Positions 48,402-64,000 of a DNA stretch of 64,000 nt are shown here, piece by piece. Position 1 is the stretch's first letter. Each line of letters starts with the position of its first letter. The stretch lies in the NCBI RefSeq assembly GCF_009914755.1, contig NC_060928.1; one strand, 5' to 3'. A model generated the notes under the pieces. The model saw nothing but the letters and a program-made list of their open reading frames with translations. It searched no databases and was not told the origin of the DNA. The translations under genes and the position numbers were made by a program. The DNA is from the human T2T-CHM13v2.0 reference genome, Homo sapiens.

Positions 48402-48688
48402 GGCCAGGCACAGTGGCTCACACCTGTAATCCCAGCGCTTTGGGAGGCTGAGGCAGGTGGATCATCTGAGGTCAGGAGTTCAAGACTAGCCTGGCCAACG
48501 TGGTGAAAATAAAAAATTAGCCGGGCATGATGGTGGGTGCCTCTAATCCCAGCTATTAGGAAGGCTGGGGCGGGAGAATAGCTTGAAACTGGGAGGCGGA
48601 GGTTGCAGTGAGCTGAGATCTCACCATTGCACTCCAGCCTGGGTGGCAGAGGGAGACTCTGTCTAAAAAAAAAAAAAAAAAAAAAAAA
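48402..48688 (+). mobile_element. AluS with a short internal deletion before the middle linker
   Basis: TGGTGAAAATAAAAAATTAG lacks the usual CCCCGTCTCTACT; TSD TACAGT(A/G)GACGT. Confidence 0.93.
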
Positions 48689-48899
48689 TACAGTGGACGT
48701 TCTCTTAACCAATCTATGTGGTTCCCTGGTTTACCAGTGCTTTCCATTCTCTCTGGAAAGTACATTGACTCTCATGCCCACTCCCTGCTGAGTGCCCTGT
48801 CTGGTAGGCTATTTCCCATGTGTGCTCAAGGTTCCAAACATTTCCTCCCACTGCTGAGTTGTGTGCATTGTTACAGTAATTACATAGTTTCATTAAATA

Positions 48900-49356
48900 A
48901 CAAGTATACTGATGAAATATGTGTGTGAAAAGGAAATTGTTTATTTTGATGAAGTTGAATTAATTGGAAAGACTAAAGGCAACTTGCCATAAGATATTGG
49001 TGTCAAATTGGATGTGGAAGAGAGAACTCTAAATGATTGGCAAAGATGTTTAAAATATGGAAGGATTCTGCACTGAATTGATTCATACTGAGGTTCTTCT
49101 CAACTTCAAGTAACCTAAATGGGAAGTTAGGTTTATGCAAGAAAGACAACTTTGACCTTCAATCAGCAGACCTGTACTTAAAGAAATAGCCTTGGCCTAT
49201 GTGAAAATGCTGGCAAATAAATTTGCTTTTTTAAGTTTCATGATTAAATATTTAAGATAGGAACATATGTGTCATTTTTTAAAATGATTATGTACCTTAA
49301 ATGGTATTTTCTCTTAATCTACAAACCATCATCCCAGTTGCAATAGAGTTTCTGTA
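48900..49356 (+). mobile_element. Ancient Tigger-family fragment (degenerate CENP-B-like transposase N-terminus)
   Basis: TTGGAAAGACT..TGTCAAATTGGATGTGGAAGAGAGAACT.TAAATGATTGG..GAAGGATTCTGCACT..GGTTTATGCAAGAAAGAC..AATCAGCAGACC..AAAGAAATAGCCTTGGCC resembles old Tigger consensus sequences. Confidence 0.55.
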
Positions 49357-51025
49357 GTTCCATCCCACAGAGCTATATTGCTAATAAAATAGAGTAGTTG
49401 ACCAAGACTAGCCTGCAGCCAACTTGGGAAGAGGATCTCTTTTTACAGAAAACAGTGCTTTCAAAAGCGGACTATCCAGAAATACCTCATATATTTTTTT
49501 AAGTTTGATCCTTTCACTTTATACCTTAGTTCTACCTAGTTTTAGCTTTTCAAATACTTAAATATAAGTAAGTATACATTTCATAAAATGGTAAAATCGA
49601 CATTTTATCTTCCTGTGAAAAATTTCTCATTAAGTGGTGCTTATTCAATATAAAGTGATTCATTTTTAAGCTCAAAGGTGTTCAGAATACTCTACAGCAG
49701 TAAAATTGGGTATAATAAACTATCCTTACTTCAGACATGAACTGATAAAGAGTTTCTTATATAAAATCCTAGTGGTAAAAATAAGTTTAGAAAATAAAAA
49801 ATATTAACAGTCAGCTTATATGGCCAAATCTTTGTTCTGCTCCCATTGTATTTTCTGGGTGTGTTTTGCTCTCCTGAGTCAGGCAGCTGCTTTGCTGCTT
49901 AGGTTATTCCCAGACTTCTCAGGGCTCCAGGAGCATGAGCTTCTATGGCTTCCTGGTCCAATGTTCCCCCGAGGCAGTGATGTTGAAGGTAGAACAGACA
50001 AGACAACTTGGATAAACAACTACATAAAAATTTTCCTTATCTTGACTTTGGCTCCAGTCCATGAGTGAGACACAGTAGAATAATATCCTCGTGCTTTTTG
50101 AGTATGTACGTACCTCCTAAAGCTAACCAGTGAGTCATCAGCAGACTACTTGATGAAGCTAGTGTTGTTACTTTTCTCTAGGGTGTTCATCTCTTCCCAT
50201 TAAGGACTTTTTTTAAGATATGCTACACTAGTTTTTAGACCCTCTCTTGCATTAGTAACAAAAAGACTAGAGATCATTGTTTATTACCTGTGATGGTAAG
50301 TACCCAGGAATATTTGTTGAATGAATGAACTGGTTTGCCAGTCTCAACAGACTTGTATTTGCTAATAACCCTGAGTGAAGAGGGACATTATCAGTTAGGT
50401 TAATAAAGCATTAAGTTGAGAGTGGGAATGTTAATGCAGGCATAATGGAGTAAAATTGCCTGGCCTGAGCTGGTAATTGGAGTTTAGCCACTGCATATAC
50501 ATTTTTACAGTCCTTTATGTTTCTTTCTCTTTTCCATCACGAGAGCTCATTCTTTTGAGACTCATGTCTGTGTCATCAACATCCAATAATATTCATTAAG
50601 CTCCTGCATGCCAAGTACTGCTGGGTTTCGTCCCTTTTAATGAGTGTGACGTTTAAGTTGAAGGATAGGCTTTTATGCAACACTGCTTTGTCCTGGAAGG
50701 AGTAATCTGTGAGTACACATGATTTTGGCACACTGTTTTCCTCAGTTCAGTGAGCTAATTAGATCAATCACATATTTTTGTTGGCAAGCTCTGGCTGCTT
50801 CTTTAAAACAAGGGGTAAATCAGTGTGCCTTTATGCTGGGAGATGTTATCAGACCTGGGCTCTGTCGGTAGTAGCCATTAGTGGGTTCTTTTATCTTGAT
50901 TTTGTAAATAGTTGCTCCTTTACACAATAGATGTTCATGCTCCATGATTCCTTGCTAATTACACTTTTGTCACTTACTACAGTACGCCTTTTCGGTCATC
51001 AAGCATTGCTTATGCAGAGTACAAT

Positions 51026-51297
51026 TGAGACAGCCAAGTAAAAAGGGGTCCCTGGAGAATCTCTGACTGGCCTGTGCACTGGGAGGATGGGTTGGAGCCT
51101 TGGGAAGTTCACACCATTTGCAGTGGGGAGGAGCCTGGCCTCTCCTTTCCTGTTAAGAGGAACCTCTCTCACTTTGTTGAGAGGTTTTCTTTTTTTTCTT
51201 TTTTGCCCAGTAAATTCTGTTCCCCTTCACCCTTCAAAGTGTGTGTGTGGCTAACTTTTCCTGGTTGTGTGACGAGAACCCAGTTTTTTCTACAACA
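51026..51297 (+). mobile_element. ERV1 solo LTR (MER61-like), short
   Basis: TGAGACAGCCAAGTAAAAAGGGGTCCC..GGCCTGTGCACTGGGAGGA..GTGACGAGAACCC..CTACAACA; near-TSD CAAT/CAGT. Confidence 0.75.
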
Positions 51298-51874
51298 CAG
51301 TGTTGTGTGTGTGGTGCTCTGTTTTGTGCTGCTCTTGGTTAGGTTTTTAAACAATGCTTTAAAAATAAGTAATTGCACAAAACAACATTTAAGGAAATCA
51401 AAATACATGGAAACTTTTTTTGTCCAGCCCTTGGTGGAATGTGACTTGTCCCCTCCACATCCCCTGCTTTTTTTTATTCCCAGTATTAAGTATTTGTAAG
51501 CTCTCTTAATTTTCCCTTCAAAGTTGTTTTGATTTGTCCCACTCTATATTCTCTTTGCTATCACCTGGCTTAGTCCCTCATCACTGTACTACCTGCTTTA
51601 CCTGCAGTATTCTCTCTCTCTCTCAACAGCCTCGTTTGCCTCATGCCAACTTATCCCATGTTTATCTGCCAGACTCATTTCCTTACATCCCTCTTTTGTC
51701 CTACAATAACTATGCTCAGAATTCTTTATGAGCTCCCAGTTGCCTCATGAACTGGCCCCTGACTCCCTTGCCTGGCTGTCATTACTCGGTTCCATGAACT
51801 CTGTCAGTGGCAGTTCCTGCTCCTCAAAAGTCAGTTGTCTTCCCTGGGGGAAATAAGCTTGTTTTCCGCTCCCT

Positions 51875-52100
51875 ACAGCATGGCACCATGGTTAAGAGCA
51901 TGGGGGAGCAGATTTGCTTGAGATCAAATGCTGGTTCAGCCACTTACCTCAGGAAGGCAACCTCTCTGTGCCTTAGATTTCTCATCTATAAATTGGGCAT
52001 AATGCTAGCCCATCCTTCATATACTTCTGAGGTGTGAGTTGTGTTATGTATCTGACACAGTAAGAATTTAGCAAAAGGGTGAACTACTATTGTTATTATG
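51875..52100 (+). mobile_element. MIR
   Basis: CAGCATGGCACCATGGTTAAGAGCATGG..CTCTGTGCCTTAGATTTCTCATCTATAAA. Confidence 0.8.
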
Positions 52101-52119
52101 TTGCCTAAAATGCCCTTCT

Positions 52120-52372
52120 AATAATTATGTTAGCACTTATGTATTGCTACTATGTGTCAGATAGACACTGTTCTGAAACTCTTTCCTATGTGAATTTGTT
52201 TAGCTCTTACAATAACTCCATGAAGAAAGAACTGGTACCCCATTTTATAGATGAGAAAACTGAGGCACAGAGGTGGAGTGACTTGCTTAACCTCATCCAG
52301 CAGATGTGGCAGGGCTAAGATTTGAACCTAGGAAATCCAGCTCTAGAGTCTGTGCTCTTAAGCACTGTACTG
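52120..52372 (-). mobile_element. MIR
   Basis: CCCCATTTTATAGATGAGAAAACTGAGGCACAGAG..GATTTGAACCTAGG..TGTGCTCTTAA. Confidence 0.88.
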
Positions 52373-53936
52373 TAAACCTAAATTCTCCTTGTATGATAAA
52401 CATGCTGTAAAGTGAACCCCCTCCAAAACTGTATGCTTAGCCCCTCACCACCAGCCCATAGGGATGGCTTTCTGAACTCCTAATGCATGTAATAGGCATA
52501 GAAAAGCTAAAGCCTTCATTGTTTTGTATCCTGCAGTCCTGTATATATATGAAAAAATTCTTTGATTATAATTATTGAATGCTATAATAGAGAATTTGGA
52601 ATATGGAGACACCAAAGAATAGCATACAATACACCTGGAGATAACTACTATTCACAGGTTATCTGTGTTCCTGAACTTATTTGTAAATATTATACATATA
52701 TCTTTCACAATATAGGGCATTATACGTACACACATTATACATAATTATTATCATACCATGTATATAATTTTGCATCTTGCTTTTTTTGCTTAATATTATA
52801 GTGTGAGCATTTGCCTGTCATTAAATAATCTAAGTCACCATTATAATGAATGCAAACAATTTAATTTGTTATTTAGACTGTAGTGGACATATTGTTTCCT
52901 TCTAATTTTTTATAACTAGAAACATTTCTACAATTAAATGGATCAAAGATTATGGCTTAAAAAAGACTTCTGGTATGTTTGCAAAATTGCCTTTCAGTAG
53001 GTTGTATCTATTTATTACTTCTGTAGTGGAAAACTCTAGGGTGTTTCAAGGCACTGATTGATTGTGAAAATTTTGATGCATCTTTGCTAACGTGATAGAT
53101 GATCTAGGGCAAGTGTCATGGCTCAAATTGCGTTGAACCAAAGTGCTTAGGGCAATAAGCACATGGTACTCCCTGAGTACTTATTTGGCTAATTTTCAAT
53201 AGTGATGTGGTGGGATTTGTAGAATTCTAAGATTCAGAAACTGGAGGACACGGGACAAAATCATTTACTAAAGCTCCATATTTTGAAGATAAAGTGAGAC
53301 ACAGAGTAGTGAAGTAACTGTCCAAGTTCGTATAGCTGGTTGGGAGCAGAATAAGTATTATGTTTCTTGTTTTCAAGCTCTGATTGTTTTCACTATGTCA
53401 CATTGTTTTTCACTTACCTTAACCCATTGACCCCGATCTGGCTTCACTTACAGTGAGACATAGCTGCCCAAACTTGGAGGTGCAGCTTATGACCATATAC
53501 CAAAATAATCAATGTTTTCAACACTTTGGGTCTAAGATACAGGGATACTGATTAACCTCACCAAACAGTCCAACTTTGTCATTATTTAATTTCTCCTTTT
53601 CCTGCTTAGAGCTTCCCAGGTGCCACTGTTTAAGATCAACTGGAGGGAGTGTGAAGATGGGGACCTGAAATATGGCCTGTCCCTCACAGACCGAGACCTC
53701 AGACTCTGTGATGCTGTTTAGTGCTTTGTGCTTGGAAATAGGATTCTTAGGGGTTATGGGTTTAGGTGGTAGTTGCAGTGTCTGGCTGTGTGGCCTTTCC
53801 CCTCTTCTGCCATGGTATTGAGAAAAGGAAATCCATGGAAGCTGGCTCAGCTTGACTTAATCTTGCCTCTGGAACCAGTTCTCTGAGCTGTCATCTTAAT
53901 ACAGCCTTGCTCTGCAGGTTCAGAGGTGTGGAAGTT

Positions 53937-54187
<251 letters not shown>

Positions 54188-54377
54188 TGTGGAAGTCCTC
54201 ACTGCCCTCACTATTTTTGCATTTTCCAAAAGAGCAGTTGGTTTCCCAGAAAGGTCTGGGTAGCATGGATTAATATTTCTACATATTGATAATGTGGAAT
54301 GAAAAGTAAATGCAATGACTTTTTGCAGTTTAATCTTTCTTTGATATTGTGTTAATTAAGCCATAAAAAACTAGTAG

Positions 54378-54778
<401 letters not shown>

Positions 54779-55032
54779 TCCTTATCCTTCTTAGTTTTCA
54801 GAATAACCTATCTATATCCCTCCTCTTGTCCTTAACAAAGAACAAAGGATGTAACTAGTTGATTATAAGAATTATTTTGAATTAAAATTTCCCTATTAAA
54901 AAAATTGAAAAAGAAACCTGCTTTGAAAAATGTCTCACCTTCAGGGAAAGGTGAATGCCTGAATGCTGTTATGCTGTTTATTATGCTTTTGGATGAGAAA
55001 CTTTATTCATTCAAATATTTCTTAAGGGCCCA

Positions 55033-55600
55033 TGTGATGGTTAATTGTAAGTGTCAACTTGACTGGATTAAGAGATACCTAGATAGTAAAGTGTCACTTC
55101 TGGGTGTGTCTGTGCGGTGTTCCCAGAGGAGATCAGTATGTGGGTGGGTGGGCAGACTAGTGGGGTACATCTGCCCTGAGTGTGGGCATGGAACATCCAA
55201 TCTGCTGGCGGCCCAGGTAGACAGAAAAGGCAGAGAAAAGGTGATTTCCTCTCTCTGTCTCTCTCTCTCTCCTGAAGCTGAGACACTCTTCTTTTCCTGC
55301 CCTTTGACATCAGACTCCAGGCTCTTCAGCCTTTGGACTCCCGGATTTATACCAGCAGCCCCCACTACCTCACTCTCAGGTTCTCAGGCCTTTGGCCTTA
55401 GACTAAGAATTATAACATTGGCTTTCCTGGTTCTGAGGCTTTCGGACTTGGACTGAGCCACACTACCGGCATCCAAGGTCTCCAGCTTGCAGATGGACTC
55501 CTGTGGGACTTCTTGGCCTCCATAATTGCGTGAGCTAAGTCCCCTGGTAAATACTCTCTCGTCTATCTATCTGTCTGTCTGGAGAACTCTCACTGATACA
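55033..55600 (+). mobile_element. ERVL solo LTR (MLT2B-like), inserted in an antisense L2 (about 55000-55760)
   Basis: TGTGATGGTTAAT..GTGTCAACTTGACTGGATTAAG..CTGGAGAAC.CT.ACT.ATACA; L2 motifs TTTATTCATTCAAATATTT and GGGGATATAGCAGTGAACAAAA flank it. Confidence 0.88.
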
Positions 55601-56603
55601 GACTGCTATGTGATATTCATTGTGTAAGGTATTGGGGATATAGCAGTGAACAAAATGTAGACCTTGCTTTCACAGAGTTTGTAGTCTTGAGGAGCAAAAA
55701 GACAAGTTCTTCTGGGAATTCTTCCTAGTAGTGGAGACATCTAGGCTGAGACCTGAGGAGTGAGAAATCTCAGTTACCCAGGACTGAAGAATATGCCTAC
55801 TGTGATTGGATCTGGAAATGGGAAAGTGGGGATTCAATATTTGGCTTAACTGTTAATGTGGACATACACACGCAACATGTTAAAGAAGGAGAACCATGAG
55901 AATATTTAGGTTTAATAACAGAGTCTTTATCTCAAAAAATGTTTTCTGCTACTTTAGAGCCTAAATCTTGTTTCTTCAGGTGGGCTGGCCTCAAGAGGTA
56001 GGGGGAGATTGAAGGTCTCAGGTTCCAATCACAAAGACATTCTCCTTGGTCCCCACTTCATCAGTTCCAGCAGCACCCGCCACCCCCTGCCTTGCTACTT
56101 GTTCCTTAGTTTGAAAACTGCATGGCAGTTTTTTCTCTAGGTTGGCAATTCTGATTAGAGTGGATTACTGCTACTCGGAAACCAGGAGAGAATAGTGTGA
56201 CATGCTTTTGTGCAGTGGTACCCTTGATTTGCTGTATCTTGTCCCCTGAAGAGTTGTCATAAAGGACTGTAGGCCATCAATTGCATCCTGTATGTGTGAG
56301 CAGTGGCAGAAGTACCTGCAGATACAGTGCTGGTGATATGTTAGAAAGAAGGTATGTCTGAAACAGTCAAGACACACTTCTCTATTTTAGTGTGTAAATG
56401 GTAGCTCCAAGAGAAGAGCCACCCCGCAGAGAGGCCATAGGCTCACAGAAAGGTAAGGCTTAAGCTATAAGATCATCTAGTCTAATGTTCTTAGAACTTT
56501 CTTAAACACTCTTTTTTTCCCCCAAAAAAACGTTCTGTGGAAATCCAGAATATAAATTTGATAAAAAGCAGTGAATTGACACCTTAGAGAGTTTTAATAT
56601 TTA

Positions 56604-57240
<637 letters not shown>

Positions 57241-57741
57241 TTAATTAATAATCTAGTGGACTCTTATCACTAGATGCCTCAGGTTCATGCCAGCACCAGC
57301 ACTGGGACCCAGGAATTCAAACCCCTGGTCTAGTGTTGTTGGTGCTACACCAAAATAGGTAACTGCTTTGGAAATATCAGAGTAATATTTAATAAGCGGG
57401 CTAATTCCATGGAAACAGTTTTATCAGAGGCCTTTGAACCAGAGTGACTCCATTTTGAATAGGGGCTGGGTAAAATAAGGCTGAGACCTGCTGGGCTGCA
57501 TTTCTAGTAAGTTAGACATTCTAAGTCACAGGATAAGATAGGAGGTCAGCACAAGTTATAGGTCATAAAGACCTTGCTGATAAAACAGGTTGCAGTGAAA
57601 AAGCCAGCTAAAACCCACCAAAACCAAGACCAAAACCAAGATGGCAATGAAAGTGACCTCTGGTGGTCCTCACTGCTACACTCCCATCAGCACCATGACA
57701 GTTTGCAAATGAAATGGCAATGTCAGAAACTTACCCTATAT

Positions 57742-58621
<880 letters not shown>

Positions 58622-59189
58622 CTATATGGTGAGAAAAGGGGAGGAACCCTCAGCTCTGGGAATTACCCATGCCTTTCCCAGGAAACTCATGAATAATCCA
58701 CCTTTTGTTTAGTATGTAATCAAAAAATAAGCATAAAAATGGTCAATCAGCCACCCTCAGGGCTGCTCTGCCTATGGAGTAGCCATTCTTTATTCCTTTA
58801 CTTTCTTAATAAACTTGCTTACACTTTACTCTATGGACTCACCTTGAATTCTTGCATGAGATCCAAGAGCCCTCTCTTGGGATCTGGATCGGGACCCCTT
58901 TCTGGTAAGTTTCCTTAAAAATACATGTAGTATGGGACACATGTTCTTTTTAAATGTAGCTTTAAAAAGACTAGCCTGTAGTCTTTGAAAGAGAGATGAG
59001 TATGTGTTAAAGTAAAGGGGAAAATTTCTCCTTCCTTCTCTTTTCTCCCTTACTTTCTACCTTTTGTAATCAGAAGACTTGAAAAATCTTTAAAAAGGGT
59101 TTATTTTTGAAAGAACAAGTGAGTGACAGGATGATTTTTCTTGTTCTCCAGGTTGTTGGTATTTATTTGTTTGCCTGTTTATATTTTTA

Positions 59190-59485
59190 AGTTTTTTATT
59201 TTTAATTTTTGTGGGTACATAGTAGGTGTATGTATTTACGGGGTACATGAGCTGTTTTGTTACAGGCATGCAATGTAAAATAATCACATAATAGATAATG
59301 GGGTATCCATCCCTCAAACATTCATCCTTCATGTTACAAACTATCCAATTGTACTCTGATTTTAAAATGCACAATTAAGTTATTATTGACTGTAATCACC
59401 CCTACTATGCGATCAAAGAGTAGGTCTTATTCATTCTTTCTATTTTTTGTACCCATTAGCCATCCGCACCTCCCCCCGAACCCCT
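59190..59485 (-). mobile_element. L1MA1/2-like 3' end
   Basis: TTTTTGTGGGTACATAGTAGGTGTAT..GGGGTACATGAG..ACAGGCATGCAATGT..GGGGTATCCATCCCTCAA. Confidence 0.85.
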
Positions 59486-59834
59486 ATGTGTGTATTTTTA
59501 AATTAGCCAAATTACCTAGTAGCCTCGCATGAAGGGTAAATAGTTTTAAAATGGTAATTCAGTATGTAGAGTAAAAGCCAGTTTTTGTGTTAATTCTTAA
59601 GATTGGTTTGGGGTCATTTAGAACTATTAAAGATGGAATATTAGAAAATATTGATTGAACTTACTGAAACAGCTGTGGTGTGTTTTTGTTAGTTTGCCTA
59701 GCAAAGGTAATATTCTTTCTTGGTTTGAAGGCTTGTACCATTTAAAAGATTTCTGAATTTAAAAAACTAATATTTTCCCTCTCTCTAAGTGTCTTTAATA
59801 ACCTTAGATATGTAGTTTCTTAGTTGATGGATAC

Positions 59835-60254
59835 TGTGGTTCTAGTTGCTTGACATCCTGGGATGCAGACTCTGAGGTGGAGATTTGCATGCAGGAGTTT
59901 GTTAGGGTATGTTCTCTGAATCAGCACCTGTCAGGGAGAGAAGCAGGACTGTGCAGAGGATGATGTTGGACAACCATCAAGTCCTTTCTAAGGCCTAGGC
60001 TGACCCTACAGGAAGCTCTGAAACTGGGTTGACTCCCTCAGAGTTGTCCTGAATTGGGGATGGGGGCAACATCCTCCTTTAGTCATGGATATGAACTGCC
60101 CTTAAGGGGGAGGGCTTAATCACGGGCAAAGCAGCTGTCTTTGGCAGAGGGAAAATTCTGGAGAGGGCTGACAGCCCACAGCACTCCTGGCAGCTGGAAG
60201 AATAAACTTTTTGGTCCTGGAGGGATTTAGGGGAACCTGAGGGCATCCATTACA
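59835..60254 (-). mobile_element. Ancient ERVL solo LTR (LTR33/LTR40/LTR41-like; subfamily uncertain)
   Basis: GCAGACTCTGAG.TGGAGATTTGCATGCAGGA..CAGCACCTGT..GAAGCTCTG..TCAGAGTTGTCC; TG...CA termini. Confidence 0.65.
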
Positions 60255-60374
60255 GTGCTATTAAAGCTTGAAATTTAGTAAAAGGGTAGGGGAAGTGGAC
60301 AAAAGGTCATCAGATAATCTCTGTGTGATGAACATAGTGTTAAGGTAGATAGGTAATTGTACAAGTATAACTAA

Positions 60375-61965
<1,591 letters not shown>

Positions 61966-63199
61966 GATGTAATCTGTTAACAGATCCATTTCTCCCGGGT
62001 GTGTGTGTATGTGTGTGTTTATGTTAAGGAGGTTTGGTACATAACCCTGTAAAAATAGAACCACCTTTCTTACACAATTTATTTGATTCATGATGTGATT
62101 TGTTCTAGTGTTTAATTCCAAACCTGGCTAAGCCACAGATCTTTAAATTGCACATACAGGAATGTGCTTTGTATTATAATTATTTGAGGAAAAATCTGGG
62201 AGTATGCTGCATGGAGAAGATGAACATGATCTACAGAAATTTTCTAAAGCCAGGAGTCAAATTGCAGAATCTGATCCACAGTGGGAGATTTAATATGAAG
62301 ATCAATGATTAATGACCTGCATTTTTATTTATAATATCACATGGTTTTATATTTCATAAACAATTACAAGAAAAGTACATATAATTAAATCTTAATTTGC
62401 TAATTTAAATTGTATAAAAACAGGGAATATATACAACTAAATTTGTGGGTATTCCTTGTATTATTGATCAGTATCTGCCATATGAAAGGGAAGAAACAAA
62501 AATGTTTTGAGTCTGCATTTTGGGTGATTTATCTCTCAATACAGTTAATGTATCCTTTCCTTTAGAATGAAGTAATTAATTGAGATACTTTAAGTGATTA
62601 ATATTTAGTGTTTTTTTCTTTTAACTCGTAGGATAATCAGTTTTGTTTATATTTCTATCGTGTATTAGAATTACTAACCAGTTGGAATTGATTTGTATAG
62701 CTAGACTTGACTTAACCAGGGAAATGGAATATCTGTAGTGGCTGAAATGCGAAGTTTCTAGACTGTTTGAGTGATACATTGTGGTGGTAGCAATGACTAG
62801 TAAACCAGTTGTTACAGCTTCTTCAAGTCATTGTTTTGCCTATTTCCAATCTTTTAATCTCTCTGAAAGTTGGATATGTGATAGGTGAAAATTCCAAGAC
62901 ACTGTTCTGTTGACCTTATGTCCAAGCAAACAAACAAACAAACAAAAAACAAATGTAGAGGTTTCATTAGAGACTGAACTGCAGGAAATCACATCATGTT
63001 TTTATCAGCACTCTTTTTATTTGCTTAGGTGAATTGCTTCTTTGTATCACCCTCGGATCTATTCCTATGCAAGCAAGGTATTTATGCAGGAGCTCCTTCC
63101 TGGTAAAGCCATTCCTATACCCCTCTTATGATCACAGCTGCCCATTGACTCTTGGCTCCCATCCAGTCCTCCCAGTCCTCTGACTTTTCTTCTTACTAC

Positions 63200-63345
63200 C
63201 CATGTGACCAGTCACTTTTCTCTAGGCTTCAGTTTCTTCATCTGTAAATGGGGATGACGCCCTACCTCAGTGGGTGGTTGTAAGAATTGAATAGACAATT
63301 TAGTGTGGTGCCTGGCACAGAGTAAGTGCCCAATAAACAGTGGCT
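63200..63345 (+). mobile_element. MIR
   Basis: TGTGACC..CTTCAGTTTCTTCATCTGTAAATGGGGAT..CCTACCTCA..GTGCCTGGCACAGAGTAAGTGC.CAATAAA. Confidence 0.8.
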
Positions 63346-64000
63346 TTTCTCACTGGTGGCTGTTACTGTTATCTGCTGATGCAAACACCTCTCCATAGTA
63401 AGCTGCTTATTCCCTGATTCCTGGGACTAGATTTTATTCACATTCCCACACTGCACATCTTGGGCTCTTGGATTAAATGCTTACTAAATCAATACATGAA
63501 TAACATAAAAATGTGATCCCTACCTTCAAGGAGACCAGACTCTGGTTCTGAAATAATCACAGCAGAAGGCAGAAACTACATCACCATAGGGAGATGTAGT
63601 TAAACTAAAAGGTTTAGAGGAGAAAGATATTAATAGGCAGGTTTAAGGCAGGTACTTAGTAGGCACTTTGTTCAGCGTAGTGTTTTTGATGTTGGTAGCC
63701 AAAGGTTTTGGGATGCTGAAAATTTTTGGACATGTTCTATTTCTACTGTGAATTTTACACCCTTCAATTTTAATGACAACTTGTTCTTTTAACTGCACAT
63801 GTGACAGGGATGGACAGAGTGCTCCCTTTTAGCCCACGCAGGTGGAATTAAATCTGAGGGCTTCTGTTAAAAGCATGCAGTTTCTTTTTATACTTTTGCA
63901 ACCATTTACTAAATATGTTTTCATTTCTTCTGGTTTGCTATTAGACTGAATATATATGATAATTTCATATGCCTTGTAGTTAGTGTGCGTAGATAATTCA

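Noticed and set aside
54905-55456. 183-aa ORF
   Set aside because: Lies across an L2/MLT2 LTR junction with a non-ATG start and no protein homology.

Overview
Primate non-coding DNA, from a hominoid and probably human given a full-length SVA, dominated by transposable elements. I found no credible host protein-coding exon, RNA gene or CRISPR array. Nearly all ORFs in the track come from L1, Alu, SVA or LTR sequence, and the host gene or locus cannot be named from sequence alone. Main contents: (1) a full-length, retrotransposition-dead L1PA3-like LINE-1 (20349-26530, +) with a TSD, intact YY1 site, an open antisense ORF0 and the ~129-bp ZNF93-binding 5'UTR segment; (2) a full-length antisense SVA (34806-36688) with a perfect 16-bp TSD; (3) a triple-nested LTR10-in-Alu-in-MER41 structure (57422-58908); (4) two older L1s fused tail-to-tail near 3160; (5) a 5'-truncated L1PA (60375-61965); (6) about 22 Alus, many solo LTRs, DNA transposon fossils, MIR and L2. 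There is also a perfect 108-bp tandem duplication and a repeat-free, motif-rich candidate enhancer near 31.85-32.5 kb. I see no evidence of a wholly new biological system; the findings are structural or regulatory oddities. Subfamily names are from recall of consensus sequences, not a RepeatMasker run, and boundaries of old repeats are approximate.
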